Assembly: GCA_023229795.1 (NCBI GenBank)
Contig: JALNYP010000001.1
Span: 5,321 to 69,320, forward strand
Direction of reading: 5' to 3'
Origin: Syntrophobacterales bacterium
GTDB taxonomy: Bacteria; Desulfobacterota; Desulfobaccia; Desulfobaccales; 0-14-0-80-60-11
DNA length: 64,000 nucleotides
Below the pieces are notes generated by a model. It did no database searches, was not told where the DNA came from, and saw only the letters and a list, made by a program, of their open reading frames with translations. The position numbers were made by a program, and so were the translations under genes. Below are positions 17,802 to 27,938 of the stretch, in pieces; position 1 is the first letter of the stretch, and every line of letters begins with the position of its first letter.

Positions 17802-18121
17802 ATCCGATAATAGCCATGAATAATTTCGATAGTCAATTAAAATAGTTAAAATCATTGACATTATGAAAATTTTCTCAAGCTCCCCCTTGGAAGCCCGACC
17901 CCGAATGAGGACCTTTTTTAGGGACATTCTCCCCACGACGGGGGGTGGTTTACCCCATATCACGGGAAAAGGCGAAGGCCGGCCCGGCCGCGAAGGGTGC
18001 GGAGCGCGTCTGGCCGCTGTACTGCACAGGCCGGAGGCCGGTGCCACTAGAATTTTATTTGAGGGAAAGAGAGAGGCCGGACCTCGGGATCAGAGGCCCG
18101 ACCTGGTGGTTGGCGGGGCGG

Positions 18122-19411
18122 CTACTGCCACCGGGCCCAGAGGCGTTCGGCCGCGTCCACGGTGTCTTGCAGGTCCTGGCGGGCGTGGGCCAGGGAGACG
18201 AAAAAGGCCTCAAACTGGGAGGGCGGCAGCATGACCCCGGCCGCGAGCATCCCCTGGAAGAACTGTCGGAAGCGGTTGAGGTCGCAGCGCTTGGCGTCCT
18301 CCAGGTTGGCCACCGGACCGGGGGTGAAAAAGACGGTGAGCATAGAGCCGACCCGGTTGATGGTCAGGTCCACGCCCTGACGGACCGCGGCCCGGGCCAG
18401 TTCCCGGGCCAGCCAGGCTCCGTTGTCTTCCAGGTCCTCATAGACGCCGGGCTCTTCCAGGGCCTTGAGGGTCGCCAGGCCCGCGGCCACCGCCACCGGG
18501 TTGCCGGAGAGGGTGCCCGCCTGGTAGATGGGGCCGACGGGGGCCATCTGGCTCATCAGGTCCCGCCGGCCGCCGTAGGCGCCCACCGGCAGACCGCCGC
18601 CGATGATCTTGCCCAGGCAGGTAAGATCGGGCTTGACGCCGTATAGCGCCTGGGCCCCGCCCCGGCCCACCCGAAAGCCGGTGATCACTTCATCGAAGAT
18701 CAACAGGATGCCGGCGGCATCGCAGATCTGCCGCAAACCCGGAAGGAAGCCGGGTCGGGGCGGCACCACCCCCATGTTGCCGGCCACCGGTTCGACGATC
18801 AAGGCCGCGATCTCTCCGGCATAACGCTGCACCGCCCGGTGCACCGCGTCCAGGTCGTTGTAGGGCAGAGACATGGTCAAATCGGCGATTTCGGCCGGCA
18901 CTCCGGGACTGCCGGGGATGGCGTGGGTGAGGACGCCGCTGCCCGCGGCCACTAAAAAAGAGTCGGCATGGCCGTGGTAACAGCCGTCGAACTTGATCAC
19001 CCGGGGCCGGCCGGTGACGCCCCGGGCCAGGCGCAAGGCGCTCATGGTGGCTTCGGTGCCGGAGTTGACCAGACGCACCATCTCGAGGCCCGGTACCGCG
19101 GCGCAGAGGACTTCGGCCAGCTCGAGTTCCCCCGGGGTGGAGGCCCCGAAGCTGGTGCCCCGGGCTGCGGCGGCCTGAACCGCGGCCACCACCGGCGGCG
19201 CGGCGTGCCCCAGGATCAACGGCCCCCAGGAGGCCATATAGTCCAGATAGGAGTTGCCGTCCACGTCGAAGACCCGGGCTCCGGCTCCCTTGACGATGAG
19301 CCGGGGGGTAAGCCCCACGGCCTGCCAGGCCCGCACCGGGCTGTTCACCCCGCCGGGGATGATCTCCTGCGCGGTTTTAAAGAGTTCCTCTGATTTGGCA
19401 TACCCGGGCAT
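18122..19411 (-). CDS. hemL: Glutamate-1-semialdehyde 2,1-aminomutase
   Basis: MPGYAKSEELFKTAQEIIPGGVNSPVRAW..., DEVITGFR, CLGKIIGGGLP. Confidence 0.92.
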   Translation of the reverse strand: MPGYAKSEELFKTAQEIIPGGVNSPVRAWQAVGLTPRLIVKGAGARVFDVDGNSYLDYMASWGPLILGHAAPPVVAAVQAAAARGTSFGASTPGELELAEVLCAAVPGLEMVRLVNSGTEATMSALRLARGVTGRPRVIKFDGCYHGHADSFLVAAGSGVLTHAIPGSPGVPAEIADLTMSLPYNDLDAVHRAVQRYAGEIAALIVEPVAGNMGVVPPRPGFLPGLRQICDAAGILLIFDEVITGFRVGRGGAQALYGVKPDLTCLGKIIGGGLPVGAYGGRRDLMSQMAPVGPIYQAGTLSGNPVAVAAGLATLKALEEPGVYEDLEDNGAWLARELARAAVRQGVDLTINRVGSMLTVFFTPGPVANLEDAKRCDLNRFRQFFQGMLAAGVMLPPSQFEAFFVSLAHARQDLQDTVDAAERLWARWQ

Positions 19412-19503
19412 CGCGTGCTCCTGTCATAATATAGACGCCGCCGGGGGCGGCGGCGCCACATTCTCATAATGGATGGGCGGGCCTCAGGCCCCTGAACACC
19501 TGC

Positions 19504-20007
19504 TCACTGCTCGTCGTCTACTCCCTCACGGAAATAGCGCATCGTGGTCTTTTTCAGTTCGGTCTCGCTGAACAGCAATTCGTAGTCCTGGAGGCCGGTT
19601 TCCGCCGCCATCTGGGCGGCGATGGCCACGCACTCCTCGGAGGTGCGCCCGTGAATCATGGTATAGAGATTATAAGGCCAGGTGGGGGCCGGCCGCCGGG
19701 CATAGCAGTGGCTCACCACCCGCTGGGCCGCCAGGTGTTGGCCGATGCGCTGGAGGTCGGCTTCGGGCACCGCCCAAGCCACCAGGGCGTTGGCCTCAAA
19801 GCCCGACTGCTGATGGCGCAGAGTAGCCCCAAACCGGCGGATGTAACCCCGGGCCATGAGGCTGTCGATCACGTCCAGCAGAGCCTCTTCCGGGATTTCC
19901 AGGGACTCCGCCACTTCCTGAAAGGGGCGGGGGCAGATCTCCAGGTCCCGTTGCAGGGCCAGGATGACTTTTTGGTCCAGATCCGACAGCATCAATGACT
20001 TTCCCAA
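19504..20007 (-). CDS. Siroheme decarboxylase subunit (AhbA/AhbB, NirDLGH family, AsnC-type)
   Basis: LDQKVILALQRDLEICPRPFQEVAESLEI...GYIRRFGATLRHQQSGFEANALVAW...YNLYTMIH. Adjacent to hemL. Confidence 0.7.
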   Translation of the reverse strand: MGKSLMLSDLDQKVILALQRDLEICPRPFQEVAESLEIPEEALLDVIDSLMARGYIRRFGATLRHQQSGFEANALVAWAVPEADLQRIGQHLAAQRVVSHCYARRPAPTWPYNLYTMIHGRTSEECVAIAAQMAAETGLQDYELLFSETELKKTTMRYFREGVDDEQ

Positions 20008-20102
20008 TCCTTCAAGGAATATAGATCAATCGGCGGGGCTTGGCAAGGGCGGCGGGAGGCTCGAAAGCCGGAGGCGGCGCCTGGATAACCGCGTCAGCCT
20101 GG

Positions 20103-20588
20103 TTAGCGCCAACTCACCCGGTCCCCTACCCGGAGGCGGTACCGGTCGATAAAACCGGCAGGGACTTCGAGAATATAGTTTACCGGCTCAGGCGAAGTCA
20201 GATTCCCGGGGAAGTCCGCAGGCACGTTCCGGGTCAGGCCCGCGACGCGGCCGTGGGCGATCCAGATAAAGTCCAGGGGAAAATTCATGCCTCGCATGCA
20301 GAAGTGCTGGACCTGAAGCTCGGGCATGAAGAACAGCATACCCCGCCCGGCCGGGAGGTTGGGGCGGTGACTCAGGCCCAGATAGAGCTTAGCCGGAGTG
20401 CGCACCGCTTCGGCCTTGATTTTCACCTGGCCGACGCTTACCCAGAGATAAGGGTTGCCGTATTCGGAGAGGTCCGCTCCCGCGGCCGACGCGGTCCAAG
20501 CCAGCAGGGCGGCCAGGAGCAGGGCCGCCAGCATCAAGGGAAAGTTGGTTCGCGGGTGGTGGATGGTTACCTTGCAAGCCACCCACAC
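20103..20588 (-). CDS. DUF192 domain-containing secreted protein
   Basis: Signal-like N-terminus. GMLFFMPELQVQHFCMRGMNFPLDFIWI...YILEVPAG matches the DUF192 pattern. Confidence 0.7.
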   Translation of the reverse strand: MWVACKVTIHHPRTNFPLMLAALLLAALLAWTASAAGADLSEYGNPYLWVSVGQVKIKAEAVRTPAKLYLGLSHRPNLPAGRGMLFFMPELQVQHFCMRGMNFPLDFIWIAHGRVAGLTRNVPADFPGNLTSPEPVNYILEVPAGFIDRYRLRVGDRVSWR

Positions 20589-20831
20589 ATTTTACCGGAT
20601 GTGGTGGAGGATGTCCAGGGAGGCGCTCGGGGCGCACTGGGGCGGGAAGGGGGCGCTACTCAGGGCAAAGGGAATCGGGAGGAGCACGGAGGCCCGCCCC
20701 ACTAGACACGCCTCAAAGCCAGGCCGGCTTGATTCGGCCGGGGGGCGGGCGAAAAACGGGCGGGAATCAGCCGGTTGAGAGCTGGCGGAGAAGACTTGTA
20801 AAAATCCGAGAGACAGTGGTATCATAGCACT

Positions 20832-21785
20832 ATGGAAGAGGGCTTTACCCGCAAGGAAAAGCTGGTGGGAGTATTTCTCCTGGTGTTGGGAATCTTCACC
20901 ATGGTGACTTTGCTGGTGATTGCCCAGGGCAAGGGCTGGTTCCAGCCCCAGCGGGTCTACCTGGTAAAATTCAAACAGGGCTACAACCTGCGCCAGGGTT
21001 CCCTGGTCGAGATGTTCAACACGGAGATCGGCAAGGTCTCCAATATGCGCATCGTGCAAACGCTGGGGCTGCCCCAGGTCGAGGTCACCGTTAAAGTCTA
21101 CAAGGAATACGCCGACCTTATCCGGCAGGATTCCCTGGCGGAAGTGGTGAGCCCCACCCTCATCGGCAGCGAGTATCTCGACATCAGCCCCGGCTCCCCG
21201 GGCTATCCCAAGCTCGAAGCCTATGGCACCATCCCCTCTCGGGAGCGCAAGTCCATGACGGAACACCTGGCCGAGCTCTTTAACCAGGAAAATATCCAGA
21301 AAATCAAGACCACCCTGAACAACCTGGCCCTGTTGAGCGAGCAGTTGAAAACCGACGAGAAGGCGGTGTTGGCCGCGGTAAACCATGCCAACCAGGTGCT
21401 GGTCAGTCTCACCGAGGCCCGGGGGACCATGGGAATGTTGCTCATGCAAAAGGATCTATATAACCGGATGATCCAAAATCTGGCCCACCTGGACCAGGTC
21501 CTGGTGGAAGCCAAGACCCTGACCGGCAATCTCAATCCCATGGCCGAAAACCTGCAAGTCTTCACCAAGTCCATGACCCTGCAATTGGAAACCGTGAAGG
21601 CGATCCTGGCGGACATCAAGAGCGGCAGCCAGGACTTTCCCGGCCTGATGCAGGCGGCCACCGAGACGGCGCAGAGCAGCAAGGAAGTGATGGATGCCAT
21701 CAAGGCCAATCCCCTGATCCGCCTCACGGCGCCCAAAGCGCCTCAGAGTCAAACCATCCATGTGGAACCGCGGACCCTACCTTAG
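20832..21785 (+). CDS. MlaD/MCE-family protein with coiled-coil C-terminal extension
   Basis: An N-terminal TM helix followed by YLVKFKQGYNLRQGSLVEMFNTEIGKVSNMRIV (MCE beta-barrel core). Confidence 0.7.
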   Translation: MEEGFTRKEKLVGVFLLVLGIFTMVTLLVIAQGKGWFQPQRVYLVKFKQGYNLRQGSLVEMFNTEIGKVSNMRIVQTLGLPQVEVTVKVYKEYADLIRQDSLAEVVSPTLIGSEYLDISPGSPGYPKLEAYGTIPSRERKSMTEHLAELFNQENIQKIKTTLNNLALLSEQLKTDEKAVLAAVNHANQVLVSLTEARGTMGMLLMQKDLYNRMIQNLAHLDQVLVEAKTLTGNLNPMAENLQVFTKSMTLQLETVKAILADIKSGSQDFPGLMQAATETAQSSKEVMDAIKANPLIRLTAPKAPQSQTIHVEPRTLP

Positions 21786-22680
21786 CCGCTGGGCCCGGCT
21801 CGGGCTGGCGGTCCTGTGCCTGGCCGGCTGCGCCGGCAAACCGGAGCCGTTTGCCCAGCAGGTGCAGCGGATCAACGAGGTCTCCATCCAGGGGGACCAG
21901 AAGTTCTCCCAGGGAGACCTGAAGCGGGCCAACCGGGACTTTTCCCGGGCTCTGGCCATGAGCCGGGCGGTGGATTATCCCCAGGGTGCGGCCCAACAGC
22001 TCAATAACCTGGGGGCGGTGGCCCTGGACGACGGGGACCTGAAGCAGGCCCGGGAAAGCTTTACCCGGGCCTACGACCTGAACCGGGACCTGGGGCAGTG
22101 GGCCGCAGCCAGCATCAACCAGGCCAACCTGGCCACCGTGGCCCAGAAGGAAGGCAATCCCGGGGCAGTCTCCCAGCATCTCCTGGCGGCGCAGGAAGCG
22201 GCCCAGCAGTCCCGGAACTATCAGGCCGTGGGGAGGGTCTTCCTCCAGTGGGCCGGTTTTTATTTAGACCAGGGTGATCCGGCCGCAGCCCAGGATATGC
22301 TCAACCGGGCGGCACCGCTAGCCACCACGCCGGCCCTCAAGGGCACCCTTTTTCATCACCAGGGCCGCCTCGCTCTGGCCCGGGGGGATACGGCCCAAGC
22401 CCTGGAGAGGTTCACCCTGGCCCTCAGTACGGACCGGACCATCCTGGACCGGGCCGCCATGGCCGGAGACCTGTATTACCTGGGCGAGACGCATCGGACC
22501 CGGGGGGATTTGCCCCAGGCCTGGGAATACTACGCCCGGGCCTTTGACGTGTATGCCGGTTTGGGGCGCAAGTCTCAACTGGACCGGTGTCTGAAGCGGC
22601 TCAAGGAAGTCAATAACCAGGGGGGCCTGGGCCGCTCTCTGGAGAGATTTGAAAAGCTGACCAAACCCGGGAGTTCCTGA
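21760..22680 (+). CDS. TPR-repeat lipoprotein
   Basis: Lipobox LCLAGC|AG. Repeated A..YY/LG...G....A motifs (TPR). Overlaps the mlaD-like gene end. Confidence 0.7.
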   Translation: MWNRGPYLSRWARLGLAVLCLAGCAGKPEPFAQQVQRINEVSIQGDQKFSQGDLKRANRDFSRALAMSRAVDYPQGAAQQLNNLGAVALDDGDLKQARESFTRAYDLNRDLGQWAAASINQANLATVAQKEGNPGAVSQHLLAAQEAAQQSRNYQAVGRVFLQWAGFYLDQGDPAAAQDMLNRAAPLATTPALKGTLFHHQGRLALARGDTAQALERFTLALSTDRTILDRAAMAGDLYYLGETHRTRGDLPQAWEYYARAFDVYAGLGRKSQLDRCLKRLKEVNNQGGLGRSLERFEKLTKPGSS

Positions 22681-22963
22681 GGTTCCCGGCCAGCCGAGGG
22701 GCGAGTATCCCGGGGATTTGCAGCAAATTGATTCACCCATCTCTGTTGTGCTATTAATCTCGATAAACGGGAATTTTTGCTGACCGGGCCGGTATCTGCG
22801 GTTTAGCTGCGGAAAGGAGGTTCAGAGGAATAATTTCGGGAAGGAGGGCAAGCCGTGTAATCTCGGTCTGAATTAACCCTGAACTCGGAGCAACAAGCAT
22901 TATTAACCTTAACTTCCGGAAAATTGGGAGGCCGATTACGAATACAAGAGGATGGGGATTCAG

Positions 22964-24775
22964 ATGAATGCATTAACCCTGGTTTTCATTGCATTGTGCG
23001 TCTTTGTCCTGGGCTACCGGTTTTATGGCATGTTTATCGCCAAAAATGTCCTGCAGCTCAAAGTGGAAAGGCTGACGCCGGCCGTCAAACTGGCCGATGG
23101 TCACGATTATGTCAAAACCAATAAATACGTGCTGTTCGGGCACCATTTCGCGGCCATTGCCGCGGCCGGGCCGCTCTTAGGACCGGTCCTGGCGGCCCAG
23201 TTCGGTTACCTGCCCGGCGCGCTCTGGATTATTATCGGCTGTGTAATAGCCGGGGCCGTGCACGATATGGTCATCCTCTTCGCCTCAGTCCGGCATAAGG
23301 GGCAAAGCCTGGCCAACATCGCGTCGAAAGAAATTAATTCGACCATTGGCGGCGTGGCCTCGGTGGCCGTGCTGTTCATCCTGATTCTCACTCTGGCGGG
23401 GCTGTCCATCGCGGTGGTCAACGCCATGTTTTCCAGCCCCTGGGCTACGTTCACGGTCTTTTCCACCATGCCCATCGCCATCCTGATGGGAATTTATCTG
23501 CACGTCTGGCGGCATGATGATGTGCTGGGAGCCAGTATTATCGGGGTGGTGCTCCTGTTCGCGGCGGTAATCGCCGGCCCGTACGTCGTGGCCAATCCCA
23601 CGTTAGCCTCCTGGTTCACCTTATCCAAGAATCAAATCGCCATTATTATCCCCATATACGGGTTTGTGGCCTCGGCCTTGCCGGTCTGGCTGTTACTCTG
23701 CCCTCGCGATTACCTCTCCACCTATCTCAAGATCGGCACCATCGCCATGCTGGCCATCGGCATCGCCTTTATGCGGCCGACCTTATTGATGGAACCGATA
23801 ACCAAGTTTGTCGGCGGCGGCGGCCCCGTCATTCCCGGCGCGGTCTTTCCCTTCGTCTTCATTACCATTGCCTGCGGGGCCTTATCCGGATTCCATGCCA
23901 TTATCGGGACCGGCACCACTCCCAAGATGATCGGCAGTGAACGGGACGTCTTGTTCATCGGCTATGGAGGCATGCTGCTGGAAGGTTTTGTGGCGATCAT
24001 GGCTCTGATTGCCGCCTGCGTGTTGGTGCCCGCGGATTACTTCGCCATCAACGCGGCGCCCGCGGTATTCGCCAAGCTCGGCATGACCCCGGTAAACATT
24101 GCCCATCTCTCCAAAGAGGTCGGAGAAAACATTCAGGGGCGGCCGGGCGGCGCAGTCTCCCTGGCCGTCGGCATGGCGTACATCTTTGACAACATCCCGG
24201 TGGTGAAAGGCCTCATGGCCTACTGGTATCATTTTGCCATCATGTTCGAAGCCGTATTTATCCTCACCGCGGTGGATACCGGGACCCGGGTCGGCAGGTT
24301 CTTTCTCCAGGAAATGGTGGGCAAATACATTCCCAAGTTCGCCGAAAAGAGATGGATGCCCGGCATTATCATTACCAGCGCGGTCTTCAGCTTTTTCTGG
24401 GGCTACCTGGTCTATACCGGCAATATCTCCACCATCTGGCCCTTGTTCGGCATGAGCAACCAGCTCCTGGCTTCGAGCGCCCTCATTATCGGCACCACTA
24501 TGATCATGCGGATGGACAAGGTCAAGTATGCCTGGATAACGGCCGTGCCAGGGGTGCTCATGGCCTTCATCACCATGTACGCCGGCTACCTGAATGTGGC
24601 CAATAACTTTATCCCCAAGAAGTTGTGGCTGCTCACGGTCTTAAACATCACCATCATGGTCCTCATGGCCATTGTCTTTGTGGGAGCCATTAAGAAGTGG
24701 CTCGAACTGCTGAAGATCAAGACCACGGTGAAGGATGCGTACGGAGAAAAGGTCCTGGAAATAGTGCCGGAATAA
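22964..24775 (+). CDS. cstA: Carbon starvation protein A (peptide/pyruvate transporter)
   Basis: LGYRFYG..., VLFGHHFAAIAAAGPLLGPVLAAQFGYLPG..., GAVHD. The start is moved to the second ATG, which has an AAGAGGA RBS. Confidence 0.9.
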   Translation: MNALTLVFIALCVFVLGYRFYGMFIAKNVLQLKVERLTPAVKLADGHDYVKTNKYVLFGHHFAAIAAAGPLLGPVLAAQFGYLPGALWIIIGCVIAGAVHDMVILFASVRHKGQSLANIASKEINSTIGGVASVAVLFILILTLAGLSIAVVNAMFSSPWATFTVFSTMPIAILMGIYLHVWRHDDVLGASIIGVVLLFAAVIAGPYVVANPTLASWFTLSKNQIAIIIPIYGFVASALPVWLLLCPRDYLSTYLKIGTIAMLAIGIAFMRPTLLMEPITKFVGGGGPVIPGAVFPFVFITIACGALSGFHAIIGTGTTPKMIGSERDVLFIGYGGMLLEGFVAIMALIAACVLVPADYFAINAAPAVFAKLGMTPVNIAHLSKEVGENIQGRPGGAVSLAVGMAYIFDNIPVVKGLMAYWYHFAIMFEAVFILTAVDTGTRVGRFFLQEMVGKYIPKFAEKRWMPGIIITSAVFSFFWGYLVYTGNISTIWPLFGMSNQLLASSALIIGTTMIMRMDKVKYAWITAVPGVLMAFITMYAGYLNVANNFIPKKLWLLTVLNITIMVLMAIVFVGAIKKWLELLKIKTTVKDAYGEKVLEIVPE

Positions 24776-24839
24776 GGCGGGCGGAGCGCTTCCAGTACTC
24801 GTGAAAGCCTTTCGCACGTTCGATGAGGAGGAGAAGGTC

Positions 24840-25310
24840 ATGTTTAAGAAGGTTTTGGTGCCCTTGGATGGCTCGGAACTGGCGGCGCAAATCCTGCCCC
24901 AGGTAGAGACGCTGGCCAAGCAGGTGAAGGCTGCGGTGACCCTGCTGACCGTGGGCTCATCCAATATTTGTGAGGGCGAGGGGGCGCCGGCCGCGCCGGC
25001 GTGTCCCGAACTCCCCATAGGCAGGTATCTGGAACAAACCGCCGCCAAGCTGCGGGCCGAAGGGCTGGAGGCGAACTGGGTCTATATACAGGGGCAGCCG
25101 GCGCAGGAGATCGTCATGTATGCCGATGCCAACGATTATGACCTTATCGCCATCGCCTCCCACGGTGGGGGCGAGTTCGACTGGCTCCTGGGCAGCGTGG
25201 CCAAAAAAGTCCTGGCCCACGCCACGGTAGACGTGCTGTTGTGGCGGGTGGCGCAGTCTAAACCGCCGACCCTGAAAAGCGAGATGTTTTACTCGCTGCA
25301 GACGCCCTAA
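24840..25310 (+). CDS. Universal stress protein (UspA family)
   Basis: MFKKVLVPLDGSELA...DLIAIASHGGGEFDWLLGSVAKKVLAHATVDVLL. A GGAGGAG RBS precedes the chosen ATG. Confidence 0.85.
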   Translation: MFKKVLVPLDGSELAAQILPQVETLAKQVKAAVTLLTVGSSNICEGEGAPAAPACPELPIGRYLEQTAAKLRAEGLEANWVYIQGQPAQEIVMYADANDYDLIAIASHGGGEFDWLLGSVAKKVLAHATVDVLLWRVAQSKPPTLKSEMFYSLQTP

Positions 25311-25334
25311 ATCTCAGCGATCCGACTTCTTGGC

Positions 25335-25367
25335 GCCCCCGGAGGCTCGTTTCCGGGGGCTTTTTTT
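25335..25367 (+). terminator. Rho-independent terminator after the usp gene
   Basis: GCCCCCGG-loop-CCGGGGGC stem followed by T7. Confidence 0.75.
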
Positions 25368-25452
25368 CACAAGGGAGCGCCGCCAACAGAAAAATGATAA
25401 ATTAACCAGAAAGGGAATTTTTCCCTGGTTATCACCTTGCAAAGGACTGATC

Positions 25453-26475
25453 ATGAACTTAGCGGAGTTGCGGGAAAACGCTAAAGAAAAACTGAAGGGT
25501 TATTGCCGGGTCTGCCCGGTGTGTAACGGCCGGGCCTGCGCCGGCGAAGTGCCGGGCATGGGCGGCGCCGGGACCGGCGCGGCGTTTGCTGCCAACCTGG
25601 AGGCCTTGAGCCGCTATCGCTTCAATATGCGGACCTTGCATGACGTCAAGGCGCCCGACACCTCCTTGACGCTGTGGGGGGAGACGCTGGGTATGCCCAT
25701 CCTGGCCGCGCCCATGACGGGGGTCGCTTACAATATGGGCGGCAAAATCTCGGAAGAGGGGTTCCTCCAGGAGATTATCGCCGGCTCGCTCCTGGCCGGG
25801 ACCCTGGGCATGTCCGGCGACGGCGCCGATCCGGAGATGTATAACGGCGGCTTGAAGGCCATTGCCGCGCATCAGGGCAAAGGCATTCCCGTGGCCAAAC
25901 CCCGGGCCCAGGCGGAGGCCGTTAAATATCTGAAGGGTGCGGAAGAGGCCGGGGCTTTGGCGGTGGGCATGGATATCGACGGCGCCGGCCTGATTACCAT
26001 GGCGCTCAAAGGCCAACCCGTCGGTCCCAAGAGTTTTGACGAGATTAAGGAACTGATCGCCTCGACCCGGCTGCCGTTTATCCTCAAGGGGGTCATGACC
26101 CCGGAGGAAGCGGAGATGGGCCTGGCCGCGGGGGCCGCGGCCATCGTGGTCTCCAACCATGGGGGGCGGGTGCTCGATCACACCCCGGGAGCCGCGGAGG
26201 TCCTGCCCCGGATTGCCGCCCGGGTCGAGGGCCGAATGCTGATTTTTGCCGACGGCGGGGTGCGCTCCGGCAGCGACGTGCTCAAGCTCCTGGCCCTGGG
26301 GGCCGATGCGGTGCTGGTGGGGCGGCCGCTGGTGATCGGGGTCCTGGGCGGCGGCCGGGAAGGGGTGGCCTTTCTGCTCAACAAACTGAAAAATGAGCTG
26401 ATCCAGGCGATGCTGTTGACCGGCACCGCGTCGGTCAAAACGGTGTCCCGGGCTATTCTCTATGACGGTGATTAA
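25453..26475 (+). CDS. FMN-dependent alpha-hydroxy-acid dehydrogenase/oxidase family protein
   Basis: CRVCPVCNGRAC N-terminal Cys motif, then the TIM-barrel FMN dehydrogenase blocks (ILKGVMTPEEA, VVSNHGGR, FADGGVRSGSDVLK). Confidence 0.8.
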   Translation: MNLAELRENAKEKLKGYCRVCPVCNGRACAGEVPGMGGAGTGAAFAANLEALSRYRFNMRTLHDVKAPDTSLTLWGETLGMPILAAPMTGVAYNMGGKISEEGFLQEIIAGSLLAGTLGMSGDGADPEMYNGGLKAIAAHQGKGIPVAKPRAQAEAVKYLKGAEEAGALAVGMDIDGAGLITMALKGQPVGPKSFDEIKELIASTRLPFILKGVMTPEEAEMGLAAGAAAIVVSNHGGRVLDHTPGAAEVLPRIAARVEGRMLIFADGGVRSGSDVLKLLALGADAVLVGRPLVIGVLGGGREGVAFLLNKLKNELIQAMLLTGTASVKTVSRAILYDGD

Positions 26476-26597
26476 TACCGAGTGGTAATCAAATAGTGGT
26501 ACAGGCGTCTCGCCTATGCAGGCGCGTGCTTTCGCCTGCGGCTACAAAAATAGCCTTTGAAACGCAACTTGAGAACTCTGCGAAAGTCCCCTCACCT

Positions 26598-26677
26598 GTC
26601 ATTCTGAGGGAGCGAAGCGACCGAAGAATCTCTTAAATACAATGAAATACGAGATCCTTCGCTTCGCTCAGGATGAC
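26598..26677. repeat. Imperfect inverted repeat of the GTCATYCTGAG...CTCAGGATGAC family
   Basis: GTCATTCTGAGGGAGCGAAGCGACCGAAGAATCTC ... GAGATCCTTCGCTTCGCTCAGGATGAC. A shorter relative (TCATCCTGAG...TTCAGGATGA) lies at about 33425-33468. Confidence 0.75.
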
Positions 26678-26735
26678 AAAATGGCTTTTCGTCTCAACTC
26701 GATATAAGCAGGCCGGGAATGGCCGGGCGTGAGGA

Positions 26736-27740
26736 TCAGGGCGGGGTTATCCCCGGCCTTTTTTTTTGGCCGCGGGCCGCGAGGCAAGGCTCGGGTTCGC
26801 ACTGGGGCGGCAATTCACTCAGATCAGCGGGGTGGCTCAAGGTCCGGGTCAGATGGCCCAGGGGAATGATCAGGACGTAATAGGGAATCAGGTAGAGGGC
26901 AGCCACCACTGAAGTGAGGGGATCGTTGAAATAAGTGCCCAACACGATGACCAGGACGTTATTGATCCAACCCAAGGCCCCGGCCGCGGCGATCCGCTCG
27001 TAAGGCGGGCTGGAGCGGAACAGGAGCAACCCGGCTCCGGCCATAAACGCGGCCAGCCCGAAGCCCACCAGCACCGAAATCACCACCTTGGTATGATGCT
27101 CGATGAGGAAAGGGGCGTAAAGGCCGAAGGCCCCCAGGTTCATGGCGGCAAATAACGCCAGGGAAATGGGGTAGGACTGTTTATCCACCCACTCCGTCAG
27201 CCTGGGCAACCAGCGCCGCACCACCACCGAAGCCACCAGCGGCACAAAGATCAGGGCCATCAAAAAGCCGGTGAGGCTCAGCAGGTCGAAATGCAGTTCC
27301 CGGCCGATGAGGACTTTGATCATCAGCGGCAGGGTCAAGGGCAACGACAGCGTGGTGATCACGGTCATGGCCAGGACCAACGGGATGCTGGCACCGACGA
27401 ACCCGGAAAAAAAGGAGGCGGACAGACCGGTGGAGACCCCGGCCAGGAGGATCAGAGCCAGGGTATAGTCCGGGAGCAGGTGGATAACCACGACAAAGAC
27501 GATCAGCGGCAGCACGACCAGCTTGGTCAGGACCAGGAGGCCCATCTTAACCGGATATTGACGCACGGTGCGCCAGATATCCGGCGGGAACACCTTAAGG
27601 AAGGCCAGGAAGAGCAGGCCCATGAGGACTTCGGACAGATAGGCGCCAAAGGGGCGGCTCCAGGCGGGCCAGGCGACGCCTGCCACCATGCTGCTGGAGA
27701 CCACAACCAGAAGAACGATATCTTTCAGTCTGAGTTTCAA
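26736..27740 (-). CDS. Bile acid:sodium symporter (BASS/SBF-like) family membrane protein (tentative)
   Basis: About 10 TM helices. General similarity by eye to SBF-like transporters; no diagnostic motif verified. Confidence 0.5.
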   Translation of the reverse strand: MKLRLKDIVLLVVVSSSMVAGVAWPAWSRPFGAYLSEVLMGLLFLAFLKVFPPDIWRTVRQYPVKMGLLVLTKLVVLPLIVFVVVIHLLPDYTLALILLAGVSTGLSASFFSGFVGASIPLVLAMTVITTLSLPLTLPLMIKVLIGRELHFDLLSLTGFLMALIFVPLVASVVVRRWLPRLTEWVDKQSYPISLALFAAMNLGAFGLYAPFLIEHHTKVVISVLVGFGLAAFMAGAGLLLFRSSPPYERIAAAGALGWINNVLVIVLGTYFNDPLTSVVAALYLIPYYVLIIPLGHLTRTLSHPADLSELPPQCEPEPCLAARGQKKRPGITPP

Positions 27741-27938
27741 GGCGATGACAGTTCTGAATTATTGGCGAAAACGCCGCGGCGCAGCCGGAAAAGGCATGGC
27801 CCCCGGCCTGACCATCTTAAAAAGATATCATGTTTGAGAAAATGTTGCTTGTCTCGGGAAGGGGTGGCGGGAGGCGAGGCGGCCCGGCTCAGGCGGCGAA
27901 ATTGGTGCTTGCGGATGGGCAGGCAATAACCTCAATTT

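Noticed and set aside
25426-25440. TGGTTATCACCTTGC, a sigma-54-like -24/-12 spacing upstream of the FMN dehydrogenase gene
   Set aside because: The GC element lies only 12 nt from the ATG, so it would give a leaderless transcript, and the -24 region is weak (TGGTTA). The match is probably fortuitous.
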